Origin: Pelomyxa schiedti
Taxonomy: Eukaryota > Protista > Evosea
DNA length: 64,000 nt
Direction: 5' to 3'
Assembly: GCA_020536535.1 (NCBI GenBank)
Contig: JAHLWZ010000693.1
Span: 72,981 to 136,980 of the forward strand
The notes under the pieces are model-generated. The model made no database searches. It saw only the letters and a list, made by a program, of their open reading frames with translations, and was not told where the DNA came from. This document shows, in pieces, positions 26,532-37,258 of the stretch; position 1 is the first letter of the stretch, and each line of letters begins with the position of its first letter. Both the position numbers and the translations under genes were made by a program.

Positions 26532-28619
26532 ATGAGCCCCCATCGCAGTGGTGCCCTGCCCTTCCTCCCATCCATCATCATAATTGCTTCTCTTGCCGCT
26601 CTTTCTGCACTTTGTGCATGTGGCGTTCCACCGGCCAATGACACGGCGCCGCCCACAAACAACACCACGTCGTCGTACCCAACCGCGCTGCTTGGGAACG
26701 CGTTCGGGTCCCACATGGTGGTCCAGGGCGCGCCCTCTCGGTCACGCGTCTACGGCCACGCGGCGTCGCCGAATCTGGAAGTCGAGGTGTACGTGGACGG
26801 CCAGCTCGCGGCCTCGGCGACGTCGGGCGCCGCGGGAGCGTGGAGCGCGTGGCTGCCTGTGACGGAGCCGTCGCTCGATTCTCATTCGATCACGGTGACT
26901 GACGTGGCGGCAAATCACTCTCAGACAATTGACGGTTCGTTCGTGGGCCTTGCCTTACTGGGAACTGGGCCAGTCCTTTCCTTTCCTTTCCTTTCCTTCC
27001 CTTCCTATTGGTTGATAACGTTGTGTGTGGCCTTTTGCATAGGTTGTTACCTGGGTGTTTGATTTATTAATTTTCTCTTGGTTGTGCATTCGTCACACAA
27101 TAACTCAGTCACATGAAGATGTGCTTTTTGGAGATGTATATCTGTGCTCTGGGCAGAGCAATATGGAAATGACCCTGTGTGAGGCTTTCAATCAGACAGT
27201 TTAGTTTAATTTATTTCGTTAAAAAAAGTTTATTAACTCACATCCCTAAAAATCCACAATCAGCTTCTGCGCACTGATAATTACCCAAATATCAGAATTA
27301 TGACTATTGGTCAAGGAAACTACAGCTTTCAACCCGTTGATGACTTCATTTCTATTAAGCATCCCTGGGATCGGGCGTCGCCAGGTTGACTTTGAGACAC
27401 GTTGTATAACATTGTGTCTAACTTGTCAAATATAGGATCACTGGGAATTGGAGGAAATAAGAAGATGAAAGATTGTTTTTCTGCAGTCTGTTGGTTCTTT
27501 GGTCAAAAAATCCACACGCAGTACTCCATCCCAGTTGGCCTGATAAGTGCAAATTGGGGAGGTTCATACATAGAATCCTGGTCAAGTCCAGATGCCTTGG
27601 AACAATGTGACTGCAACAACCTTGACGTGAATAAGGTCCCAAATTATCCAAGCCTACTGTGGAATACAATGATAACTCCGTTATTACAAATGGGTTTGAG
27701 GAGTGTGATTTGGTACCAGGCGGAAGCTAATTGTTGGAACTGGCAATGTTATACCTGCAGGTCTGAACTGCTTTTCAAATAAGAACTAGTTCTTATTTCA
27801 TAAAGCTTTGTGGCCATGATAAATGACTTGCGGGAGAAGCGCGGCGATACACCCCAAAGCTTGCCCTTTATATTTGTGCAATTACACCCTTGGACTCAAT
27901 ATGCAGTGGGAATGAATCTCCCAGAAATGCGGCTGGCCCAGACACCTGCCGTAGAGCTGGTGAATGTGGGAATGGCTTCTGCTGTGGATTTGGGGGATTG
28001 GAAAAGCCCACTGGTAAGAGTTTCCGTACAAAATGATTTCAAACAGTGGTTTTTAGGGAAATGTTCATCCACGAGATAAATTGGATGTTGGAAAGAGGCT
28101 TGCCTTGGTAGCTGACCACCTGATATATGGCAACAAATCTGTCGTGATCAACGGCCCCACATTTGAGCAGATGGTAGTTGAGAAGGGTGGACTTAATGCA
28201 TCGGCAATGATTTTGTATGAGACAACAAGTATCGGGTCTGGTCTGGTGCTGTCACACTCTGATTGCCCCAGTGGTGCACTTCCCGAAGATTGTAGATTCT
28301 CTGCTGAACTGAAGAGTTCTGATGGTCAATGGCTGGAAGCAACAATCACACAGGTACCAATTTCATGCAGGTCTTAAACCTGCTTTCTCATTTTCCGCAG
28401 GTGGATTCCACAACTGTGAGATTGAGTTGTTCCATGGAACCCAATGAAACTATCGTTGGCGCTAGATACCTCTATGCACCCTGGCCTTTGTGCACCATCT
28501 TCAACAAAGAAGGCCTTCCAGCAACACCCTTCAGATATGAGATGGACCATGGTTTTCGTCCTGGTCCTTGTCTTTTGAGCATGCTCCTCGTCCTACTTTC
28601 TCTTGTATTCCTTATGTAA
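26532..28619 (+). CDS. SIAE: Secreted/membrane-tethered sialate O-acetylesterase (SASA domain)
   Basis: Signal peptide; GSHMVVQ, GDVYLCSGQSNMEM, FSAVCWFFG..PVGLISANWGGSYIESWSS, LWNTMI.PL, VIWYQAEAN, LPFIFVQL, VHPRDKLDVGKRLAL; hydrophobic C-terminus. Confidence 0.9.
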
Positions 28620-28690
28620 TTTACATACAGGAAACGGTATTTGATTGTAATAGAAACTCCGAGTTTTTTTGGTGTAATACATGGAAATGC

Positions 28691-29393
28691 TCATTCACTA
28701 GGGAGGTGGCTCTCGTCGTCGGACTGGGGATCAAGCGGTTGTTCAGAATCCAAATTAGTGCCACCCACAGGTGATTTGGGTGGTTTGGAGGACTCAGACA
28801 TGAGGTGTGCCTCCTTTGAGAATTTTGTGGGGTCGAACTTCTGCTTCAGTCTCCTACTATCTGGTACATTTTTGATCCTAACCTTGATCTTTTTTTGGGG
28901 GATTTGTTTGTTTTTTTTCTTGTGGTTATTTGGTGGATCGCATTGAATGGAATCCGGGAATGGAGGGAAAAGCAAACCTCGTTGTTGGTGAGTAAACCTT
29001 CTTTCCGGCACTGTTTGAAAACGTACAACCTACGGTTATTAAGACTGTACATTGTATCTCCCTGCACCATCGCCGTGATTATTGGCAGATCTTCGGGTGT
29101 GATAGTGCCATTCCGTATCGACTCCAGCGTGACCATAAGCGGCCTGCCACAACTAATCCAGTGTTAAAAATTATCAATACTACTATTATGAAAGAGGCAG
29201 ATATAATGAAATGAGAAACCACATGGAAAAAGCAAACAAACCTAAATGTCGGCCGAATTTTGCTGTGAGTGAAATAGAGGTCAGCAGGGTCAACCGAGGT
29301 CACGCCTTCGCCCCCAACGGCGCGGCTCTTGGACGATCCGCCTCCTGCCCCGCCTCTTTTTTTTTTGCTGCTGGATCCCCTCTGTTGTGACAT
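28691..29393 (-). CDS. Small conserved ParB/Srx-fold-like protein
   Basis: VDPADLYFTHSKIRPTF|SGCG, LESIRNGTITPEDLPII, YSLNNRRLYVFK resemble the xFxQ/H..F..G..P.I..sLdNRRL ParB-like signature. Confidence 0.6.
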
Positions 29394-29683
29394 TTAGTGC
29401 CCGTGCCGTTGTCGTTGTTGAAGATATTCGCCTGTGACGCAAGGGAAGAAAACAACGTTGTGTAACGAACGAAGAAAAAATTGGCGTTCGGAAAACCCGA
29501 AGACGAAGAACCTGAGAATCAGCCCAGGTTTTCCACACCCATTTCCCAACCATTTCGTACCACATAATCTCAGCCACAAGAGAGCAACAGCTCGAATTAG
29601 CAGGAAGCCTCAGAGTCCACATTCCCCTCAGACCCTGCTCATTAGATGCCACCATCACTGAAGAAGGGCGAAAAAAAAAACAA

Positions 29684-32142
29684 ATGACTGAGGGTGCTGC
29701 GGCAGGCGCGACGTCTGGTGGCACTTCCCTTTCCCATGCGGAAAGCAACAGTGCAGCGAACGGTGGGAGTTGCGCACAGAGCGACAACCCAGTTACCCTG
29801 CAACCTCCTCCCGCCGTCGCGATCCCAAACGCGCCGCAGACTCAGTCCCAGTCCGGAACTGCCGTAACACGCGCCGACAACTGTTGCCCTCAGCAACAAG
29901 TGACAGGGACTCCTCCCAATCCCACACCCCAAACCCAAAGCAACGCCGACGCAGCAACTAGTGCCGGCGTAAGCAGCACGCAACCGCAACAACAATCGCA
30001 ATCGCAGTCATCACAACAGCCTGGCGCAATGCAAATGCAAACGCCAATGCAAATTCAGAACAAAAGCGAGCAGCACCCTCTGGATGCCACGTTCGCGAGC
30101 TGCGCTCAGCAGATGCAAATGCAAATGCAACACCAGCAGATGGTGCAGCAGAAACAGCAGCAGCAACAGCAGCAGTTCTTGCAATTCCAGCAGCAGCTGC
30201 AGCTTCTGCAGTCGCACGCGTCACCTCAGTCGCCCGCGCCATGTCCGGCACCCACGCCGACTCCCCAGGCTCCCCCTTCCCAGCCCACTCAGACCGCTGC
30301 GTCCAACGACCTAGGCATTCTTCCACCATCGAGTGTGGCCACACGCGCTGCAAGTGCGGCGGCGCAGCTTCCGTTGGATCCGCAGCTGCAGCAACTCTTA
30401 CAACAACTTGACGCACACGCCTTGCAGCAATTGCTGTCAACTTCGCAGGAAGTGCTTTTCCAATCGACGGGGTCACAGACTTCTTCCCAACATCAGCAGC
30501 TGCAGCTTCTTCAACAATTACAACAGCACCTAGTGATACAACAGCAACAGGCTATTTTACAACAGCAGCAGAAAAATGAACAGCCAAGTGAGAATCATTC
30601 GCAAGCGTTGAGCAAAGGACTCCCATTGAATCACGCAGCACAACATGAACAAATACAAAAGAACTTGCTCATGTTGCATCAGCAACAATCACAGCAGTTA
30701 CAACAACTGCAACAGCAACAGCAGCAACTTCAACAAAAGCAACTTTTTCAACGCCAGCAGCAGCTACAACAAATGTACCAGCAGACTGCCCACCAAATTG
30801 TTTCTCAGCCAAGTCCCCAGCAATCACAAACCGTACAACCAGTACCACCGCCACAAGCCTCCCCTCCTAGCCTTCAGTCACCTCAAGTCTCACAAACTTT
30901 TCAACACCAGTCAATGCCACAAAATGCACCTCAGCAGACACAGCAAACCACACCACAACCCCAAACGCCTCCCCCACAGCAATCTCCTCAGCAAACTATC
31001 TACCAATCACAACAATTACCGCAACAGACTGTTTCCCTACCTTTTGGTTCGATGTCTTTCAACAAACAAAACACACAACAAACCTCTGCTTATGCTCCAC
31101 AGCTTTGCTCAAGCCCACAACAGCAAATGCAAACGGCTCAGTCTACTACTGCAACACACACTGGAACCCTTCAACTCCAGGTTTCAAGGCACTATGGATT
31201 CTAAATGTCTGACCCCGCTTTCTCCAGTGCAACGACTTACCAACTATACTTAAACTGTGTGAAGCAGTTGGCCAGTATGTTTCAGATTCAAACCAGCACA
31301 AGATAGATTGGAATCACATAAGTCGGAGTATGCCGTGGAGTCCTAGGTGATTCTGTTGTTCCTTTTGTTGTTTTTAAAATTAAGTACAGTGAATGCCAAG
31401 CTGTGTGGCGTCATATTGCATACTCTTGGAAACCCGAGGATGTTACCGGATCAACATTGGTAGTTATAAACTGGAATGCGTCTGATTCACCCATTGTAGA
31501 ACACTACAGAGCTTGACGGTAATGAAAGTGATGAAGAACAATTGTTGAAATCCATGGTAAGGGCTCCACGCACTTTCATGACTGGATAATTGTGCACAGC
31601 ACCCAAAAGTCCTGCAACCCTCTCCTCAAATCCAGCCACAAATGGACACATCATATACCAAGATTCTCCAACCTACTGGAAATTATCTACCCAAACAGGA
31701 AGCCGAAGAACCACCAACTGTAAAACTGCGCAATATTTACTCCAACTGACATGTCTTGAGAAAAAAGGTAGAAAGCGCAAAGTCTGGAAACCAGAGGATG
31801 ATGTTGCACTTTTAGACGCCGTGGAGTTGTATGGCGAGTGTATGTACTTTTTTTGCCGTTATACCGCACTCTTACAAGCAAAGCAAACTGGCCATACCTT
31901 GCCCAACAACTTTCCCACTTAGAAAGAAGTCATTCACAATTGAGCTCTCGCTATACAGCCTTGAGGAAGAAGGTCTAATTATTTCCATCAACTGAAAGCT
32001 GATTCTCTAAAAGGCTCAGAAGGGTAACTGTGGTGATGCCCGTATCAAATGGAAACTCGATTGCATTGCCAAGAAGGTACATACAACCAACACAAAAAGC
32101 TGTTTGTTTCCTCATCCAATGCAGAGTGAAAAGCAGTCATGA
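29684..32142 (+). CDS. Polyglutamine-rich Myb/SANT transcription regulator
   Basis: 506-codon Q-rich exon; later exons KIDWNHIS, ECQAVWRHIAY, KRKVWKPEDDVALLDAVELYGE..NW..LA..ERSHSQLSSRY; stop inferred at 32140-32142. Confidence 0.75.
30100..31150 (+). repeat. CAG/CAA polyglutamine-coding low-complexity tract
   Basis: Dense cag/caa runs; explains several spurious overlapping ORFs. Confidence 0.85.
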
Positions 32143-32228
32143 CCCAAATCAAAACTGGTTGTGTGAATTGTTGTAGGTGATACCCAAATTTTGCAAAAAG
32201 AAAGCTTTTTTTTTCCCCTCATCTTTGC

Positions 32229-32823
32229 TTATTGTAAGTGCAGGAAATCCCACAGTGCCTTAGTAGTAAGAGGGAACCACTCCTTTAGCTGCGAAGAAGC
32301 ACCCACCCATGTCAACAACAAGCTCACAACAATTCCAATATCTGACAGATTTTCCTTCCTTCATGCAGAGAGTGAGTTGTCTCGAACGAAATAAAAAAAA
32401 AACTGTGTGTTGACGAGGCTAGAGCATTGGCATAGAGAGAGAAATAATAAAGAATATAATATATAATTACCTGCCAGGCCTGAGCTGCAGCACGTAGGCC
32501 CAGCACACAACGAGCACAGGGAGCAGGGCCAGGAGGCACGACACGTTGTTAGTGGGGGAGGACGAGGCGACCACGGCGGCCCACAGGGCCACGGGCACGA
32601 AGGCGTACACGGCGGTGGCTCCGCCCGCCGCGGCCACCCACCCGCGCTCCCCGCCCGCCCCTCGCGCCTTGCCCCCGCCGCCGGCGCCGCTGCCCGCCCC
32701 GGCACCCCCGCTGCTCCCGCCCTTGGTGCTGCCCGACGCCGACGAGGACGAGTGCGACGCGGAGGAGGCCGTGGGCGACGACGGCGTGCCGAACCCGTGG
32801 CTGCTGCTCGTTTTGTGCGACAT
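32229..32823 (-). CDS. Small hypothetical membrane protein with Gly/Ser-rich N-terminus
   Basis: ATG 32823 MSHKTSSSHG; two to three hydrophobic segments; inferred second exon DIGIVVSLLTWVG..WDFLHLQ*. Confidence 0.4.
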
Positions 32824-32981
32824 TCGCTTGTTGTTTTTGGTGCCAAGGAAAAAATCTTTCTTTTCTTTTTGGTTGATCGTTTTGGAATTGGAACGGCAGA
32901 TACAAAGAAAAAAGCAAAAGTTTAATTTAGAGTTAATGGAACGAACTAAGGTTGTGGTGTGGCACGCGCGTTTGTTGTTGG

Positions 32982-35918
32982 TTACCACAGTTTGATTCCT
33001 AGCATTGTGAACAGGGGAGAGCAACAAAAGCAGCTCCAAAGCGATGTGGCGTTGGAATCTGGGCATGCACCTGGGCGTGCAGCCGTGGGGATTCCATGAA
33101 CCTGTGACTCCTCTTCGGCTTCGGCGTCCCACTCGTCGTCTGCATCGGCATTGTATTCGGAATTATGGTCGCTGGCATCACCGGCACCACCGGCTTTGCT
33201 AGATACTGAGCCGGTGTCACTCTCAATATCCGGTGATGGTGGGCTGGCTAAGAGCGGATGGGAATTCTCGGGAGAGAAATAACAGGGCGACAGGAACATC
33301 AGTACGGTGTAAACAGCGGACTTGGGCAATGACCCGAAGGTACGGGGTGTCGTAGCAGTCGCGGAATTCTTTGCCCAGCACAAGAGGATGGTCTTTATAA
33401 TGCACCGGAACCAATGCGGGAAGTATTTATGCCTGGCGGGGAGCCATGTTGCCGGTAAATAGTACCTCTGCCAGTAAGATGCTGCGGAAAAATGGTTTGG
33501 TGGGCAATTGTCATCTGTACCGCCATCATCCGATCGGGATTGTCCTTCATCGTCGTCACTTTCCGTGTCATCATCAAGGATGTCCCCTTCGCTTGATTCA
33601 CTTGCTGAGAAAGTCTCCCCTGAGGTCAATACAAGACCATGGAACCAAAGAAGTTCAGCAGTTGTATGTTTCCGATGTCGAACAGCTATTGTAAGTAGGT
33701 CGCTGGAGACATGAGCACCGTGCTTCAGAAAAAGGGATAACGTCGAATCCATTCCATTTTCCACCAACTTACGCAAAATGTTCTTCTTGGACAAGTTGGG
33801 GTCAGCACCACGGTCCAATAGAAGTTGTATACACTTGTCATCATAAGTGAATAAGCTTGTAACAGCGAGAGGGTATTCTCCGAATATAAGTGCGTTTGGG
33901 TTCATGTTAACGGCAGATGACAAAAGAAATTGGACCAGTTCGACGTTGTGTAGAGCCAAAGCTTCATAAAAGAGTCCATCTTTAAGCTTTGGTTGTTGCT
34001 GTTGAATGATGCCTATGTACCAGTCACGATTGACAGTTATAGGGGATTGCACAAAGCATGCCCTGATTACACTCACTTTTGTACTTGTTGCCCCTTCAAG
34101 AAAGACTCGTTGTAGGATTTCCATGAGGTTAGACCGTTTTTCATGTGATGCAATGTTCATTACCAGTCCCACAAAGTCAATAGGATCAATTACTTTTGCC
34201 ATTGTTGTAACAAACCGGGCTTCATATTTTGTTCCACCACAACTCTCACTTTGTTCCATCAAACGAAATTCGGAAATTGGCACTTCACCCTCCTTTATTT
34301 TAGTTTTTGTGCATTCATCAATAAAGGGGTGATATAACTCAAGCCGGGCCTCACCTGGAGGTTTTTGTTCAAGTAGTGCGGCAGTAATATGGCTAGTTAC
34401 ATTAAACAACCCTTCTGAGTGCAAAAACAGCTTGGGGAATGTTTGTAGCAAAATGACTAACAAATACAAGCAGGGTCGTGAGTTCTCACCTGCCAGAAGT
34501 AGAGTTGAACCCCTCTCAAACAGAGACACAATAGATTCCTCTTCCATTTGTCTTAATATTTCCTTCGTTGATATAAGAGATAAGGCAGCATGCTTCACTA
34601 CAGCATCCTTGTCAAATACTAGTGTCAGAGCATTTCTTGCAAGTTGTGGTTTCAATTGCCCCCCAACTAGGCTAACTGGAATTAATACAAGGATCGAGAG
34701 AACTTTGTCTTTTGGTGATGAAATAGGTGCATGACGTTCGTGACAATCAATTAATTGGGTATGTGCCTGTGAGTCGCCGATACACATCCAAGTGAGTGCG
34801 GTCAGAACCGATACAATGAAGTTGGTATCACCCAAATTGGCACTTGAAGCAATTACTCCATCTCTATCAAGGCAAAAGGATGCCACTTTTTCTAGGGAGG
34901 AGACCAGTGCAGCAACAAAGTGATGTGTAAGAGAGCGTACTTCATTAGACCCATCCCTGAAGTGAATATCCCAATATTTCAAAGCACCAAGACCGCGGTT
35001 CTCTTTCTCAGAGAGCGTCGCCAGGTACTCGGTAATAGCTTTGGTTGCCTCCTCCAGTAACAGAGGCATAATTTTTCCGTGTTTTACAACCATGGTAAAT
35101 AATCCAGGGCACCCACAAGAGATAGCTTCACAAACGCCATCAACAATGACCCTTTCATGTTCCGCTAGAATCTCGGCGCCAAGGCTGGATTTCATCAGCT
35201 CGCAGCACAAACGCGTTCCCCCCTTTACGGACTCTTGGTCCTCGCTATTCCCACACATCAACTCCACAGCGATGCTGCACAGAACGCCGACCAGGTCGCG
35301 CGGAACCCCCAAATTCCGTTGGAACGCGTACAGAATCGCCGTGGCGAATCCCAACTTGGTCGAAGCGTCGCGACTCTTCGCACCCGAACCGACGCCTACG
35401 CCGACGCCGCCAACCGCGACGAACTCGCCGCAGGCTCCCATAAGCCGCTCCCAACACCCGCCAGCGGCAGCGGCGGCCACCGCGGCGCACGACGCGCCGA
35501 GGGCGAGCTGCCCCAGGGCCCGCCGCTCCGCCACCCACGCGCATTTCCCCAGGGCCGCCAGGGCCCCGCACCCCTGGTCCACGACGGCGAGCACGGCCCC
35601 CACGTCTTCGTCGTTCCCGCAGCCCACCGGCGACGCCCCCGCGGCCGCAAGCGCCGGTGATTCCGGTGCTGCTGAGGCCGAGGCGGCGGGCTGGGGCTGC
35701 GGCTGCGGCTGGGGGGCCAAGCCTGCCGCGAGCTTCCGGAGGACGCGGACGTGGGGGGCGATGCAGCGGTAGCCGCGGGACGGGGACCCGCCGGGGGGCT
35801 CAGGGGAACACAGGGCAGAGGAGAGCGACTCCAGGGCCGAGGCCACTCGCTGGGGCAGCTCCTGCGTAATGGAAACGAAGAGGGGCAGGCCGCGTGCAGT
35901 GGCAGGTAGCCTGCTCAT
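32982..35918 (-). CDS. Intronless 978-aa helical-repeat + ankyrin-repeat protein with C-terminal WxPxxHxxFP and F-box-like segment
   Basis: Single long ORF; ankyrins ALALHNVELVQFLL, CIQLLLDRGADPN, LSLFLKHGA; TWLPARHKYFPHWF..TILLCW; FGSLPKSAVYTVLMFL. Confidence 0.82.
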   Translation of the reverse strand: MSRLPATARGLPLFVSITQELPQRVASALESLSSALCSPEPPGGSPSRGYRCIAPHVRVLRKLAAGLAPQPQPQPQPAASASAAPESPALAAAGASPVGCGNDEDVGAVLAVVDQGCGALAALGKCAWVAERRALGQLALGASCAAVAAAAAGGCWERLMGACGEFVAVGGVGVGVGSGAKSRDASTKLGFATAILYAFQRNLGVPRDLVGVLCSIAVELMCGNSEDQESVKGGTRLCCELMKSSLGAEILAEHERVIVDGVCEAISCGCPGLFTMVVKHGKIMPLLLEEATKAITEYLATLSEKENRGLGALKYWDIHFRDGSNEVRSLTHHFVAALVSSLEKVASFCLDRDGVIASSANLGDTNFIVSVLTALTWMCIGDSQAHTQLIDCHERHAPISSPKDKVLSILVLIPVSLVGGQLKPQLARNALTLVFDKDAVVKHAALSLISTKEILRQMEEESIVSLFERGSTLLLAGENSRPCLYLLVILLQTFPKLFLHSEGLFNVTSHITAALLEQKPPGEARLELYHPFIDECTKTKIKEGEVPISEFRLMEQSESCGGTKYEARFVTTMAKVIDPIDFVGLVMNIASHEKRSNLMEILQRVFLEGATSTKVSVIRACFVQSPITVNRDWYIGIIQQQQPKLKDGLFYEALALHNVELVQFLLSSAVNMNPNALIFGEYPLAVTSLFTYDDKCIQLLLDRGADPNLSKKNILRKLVENGMDSTLSLFLKHGAHVSSDLLTIAVRHRKHTTAELLWFHGLVLTSGETFSASESSEGDILDDDTESDDDEGQSRSDDGGTDDNCPPNHFSAASYWQRYYLPATWLPARHKYFPHWFRCIIKTILLCWAKNSATATTPRTFGSLPKSAVYTVLMFLSPCYFSPENSHPLLASPPSPDIESDTGSVSSKAGGAGDASDHNSEYNADADDEWDAEAEEESQVHGIPTAARPGACPDSNATSLWSCFCCSPLFTMLGIKLW

Positions 35919-36135
35919 TTGTGATTTTCGTATTTTCGTTTGTTTTGTTCAATTCCGGGAACTGACTTCAAGCGATAAAAGATACACAGGGTGCTCACCA
36001 TTTGGTGTTCTCGACAGATCGCACACAGGAAAAAAACGCACACTTCAACTTCCAGTCACGCACCCGCTTGTCTCCCTCAGTCTTCTGTGATTCGAGTCAC
36101 AGAAGATCACCCAATTCCAATTCGCAATACCCATC

Positions 36136-37089
36136 ATGTCTCAGGGCGCAGGGAGGGGGCGAGGCGCCGGCGGGCGCAGGCTAGTCAACACGGTGCTGGA
36201 GAAGCCAATAGTGCACGGGAACATCGCGTGGTGGATGGGGAACGCGCAGCCGCAGGGCTCCCAGGGCGGCGACCCCGAGGCGGAGGCGGCGGCCCAGCGG
36301 CAGCCCACCCACAAGTGGTGCTGCTACGTGCGCCCCGCGGACCTGCCGGGCCCGGCAAGCATGGGGGGCGGGGGCGGCGGCGGGGGGAGCCAGGGGGCCC
36401 AGCCGGGGGCTCCCGTGTACGAGGGGGAGTTGACGAATTGGATCAAGAAGGTGGTGTTCACGCTGCACCCGACGTTTCCGGATAATGTGAGGGTTGTGGA
36501 AGAGCCCCCGTTTCAGGTTTGACGGGTTGTCGCGTTCTTGTACTCCACTTTATGGTTTTGTTGTTAGTTGCTACTGGTTTTCCTCTTGTATTCAGTATTT
36601 AAGGTTACAGGTATGGCTGGGGTTTGAAATCGTGATTACAATTCATTTTGTGGATAACCTGGAGAAACCTGTGGATTTATACCATCCGTTGCAACTGTTC
36701 TCTCCTGAACAGCACTCTGCTTCTCACAAACCGCTTATTGCCGAGTTTTATGAGGAACTCATTTTTGTGAATCCAAAGGAAGAACTCGCAAACCGTTTGA
36801 AAATACCTGGGAAGAGGTTTGGAGATATATACTTCTGTAGCACTCTAATGTGGCTAGACCACCCAAGTCACTCCTTCCGGAAATCTCAGCACAGCAGTGT
36901 GGCAGTTTCACTGATGAACAATGTTACAACAAGTTGACAGAAGCACATCAAAAAGTGAAGGAGCAAGTTCAGGCACTTCAGGCACGGCTTCTTCAATTGA
37001 ATACGGATATTACTGCTGCTGGCGGAAGCACTGGCACAACTGGTGAGAATGGTCACGATGGAGATGTTGTTATTGTGGATAACCCCTGA
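36136..37089 (+). CDS. YAF9: YEATS-domain protein (Yaf9/GAS41-like); GWG motif apparently out of frame in this assembly
   Basis: KPIVHGNIA, THKWCCYVR, IKKVVFTLHPTFPDNVRVVEEPPFQ, FEIVITIHF, LYHPLQLF, EFYEELIF; C-terminal coiled coil. Confidence 0.88.
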
Positions 37090-37258
37090 GGGACCTGTGA
37101 CACTATTTCAAGCACTATCTCTTCCCTCATAAATACACCCCTTACCAATGTTCATACACATAAACAAATCAAAGAGTGCCAAAAATTCGGGATTCTTTTA
37201 AATACATACAGTTTCCATTGTCTTCTGTAGGACAAAGGAAATTGTATTCAAAAAACCT

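Noticed and set aside
28691-29393. Sulfiredoxin assignment (attractive given the nearby Prx and TrxR)
   Set aside because: It lacks the FGGCHR catalytic Cys motif; the equivalent position reads SLNNRRL.
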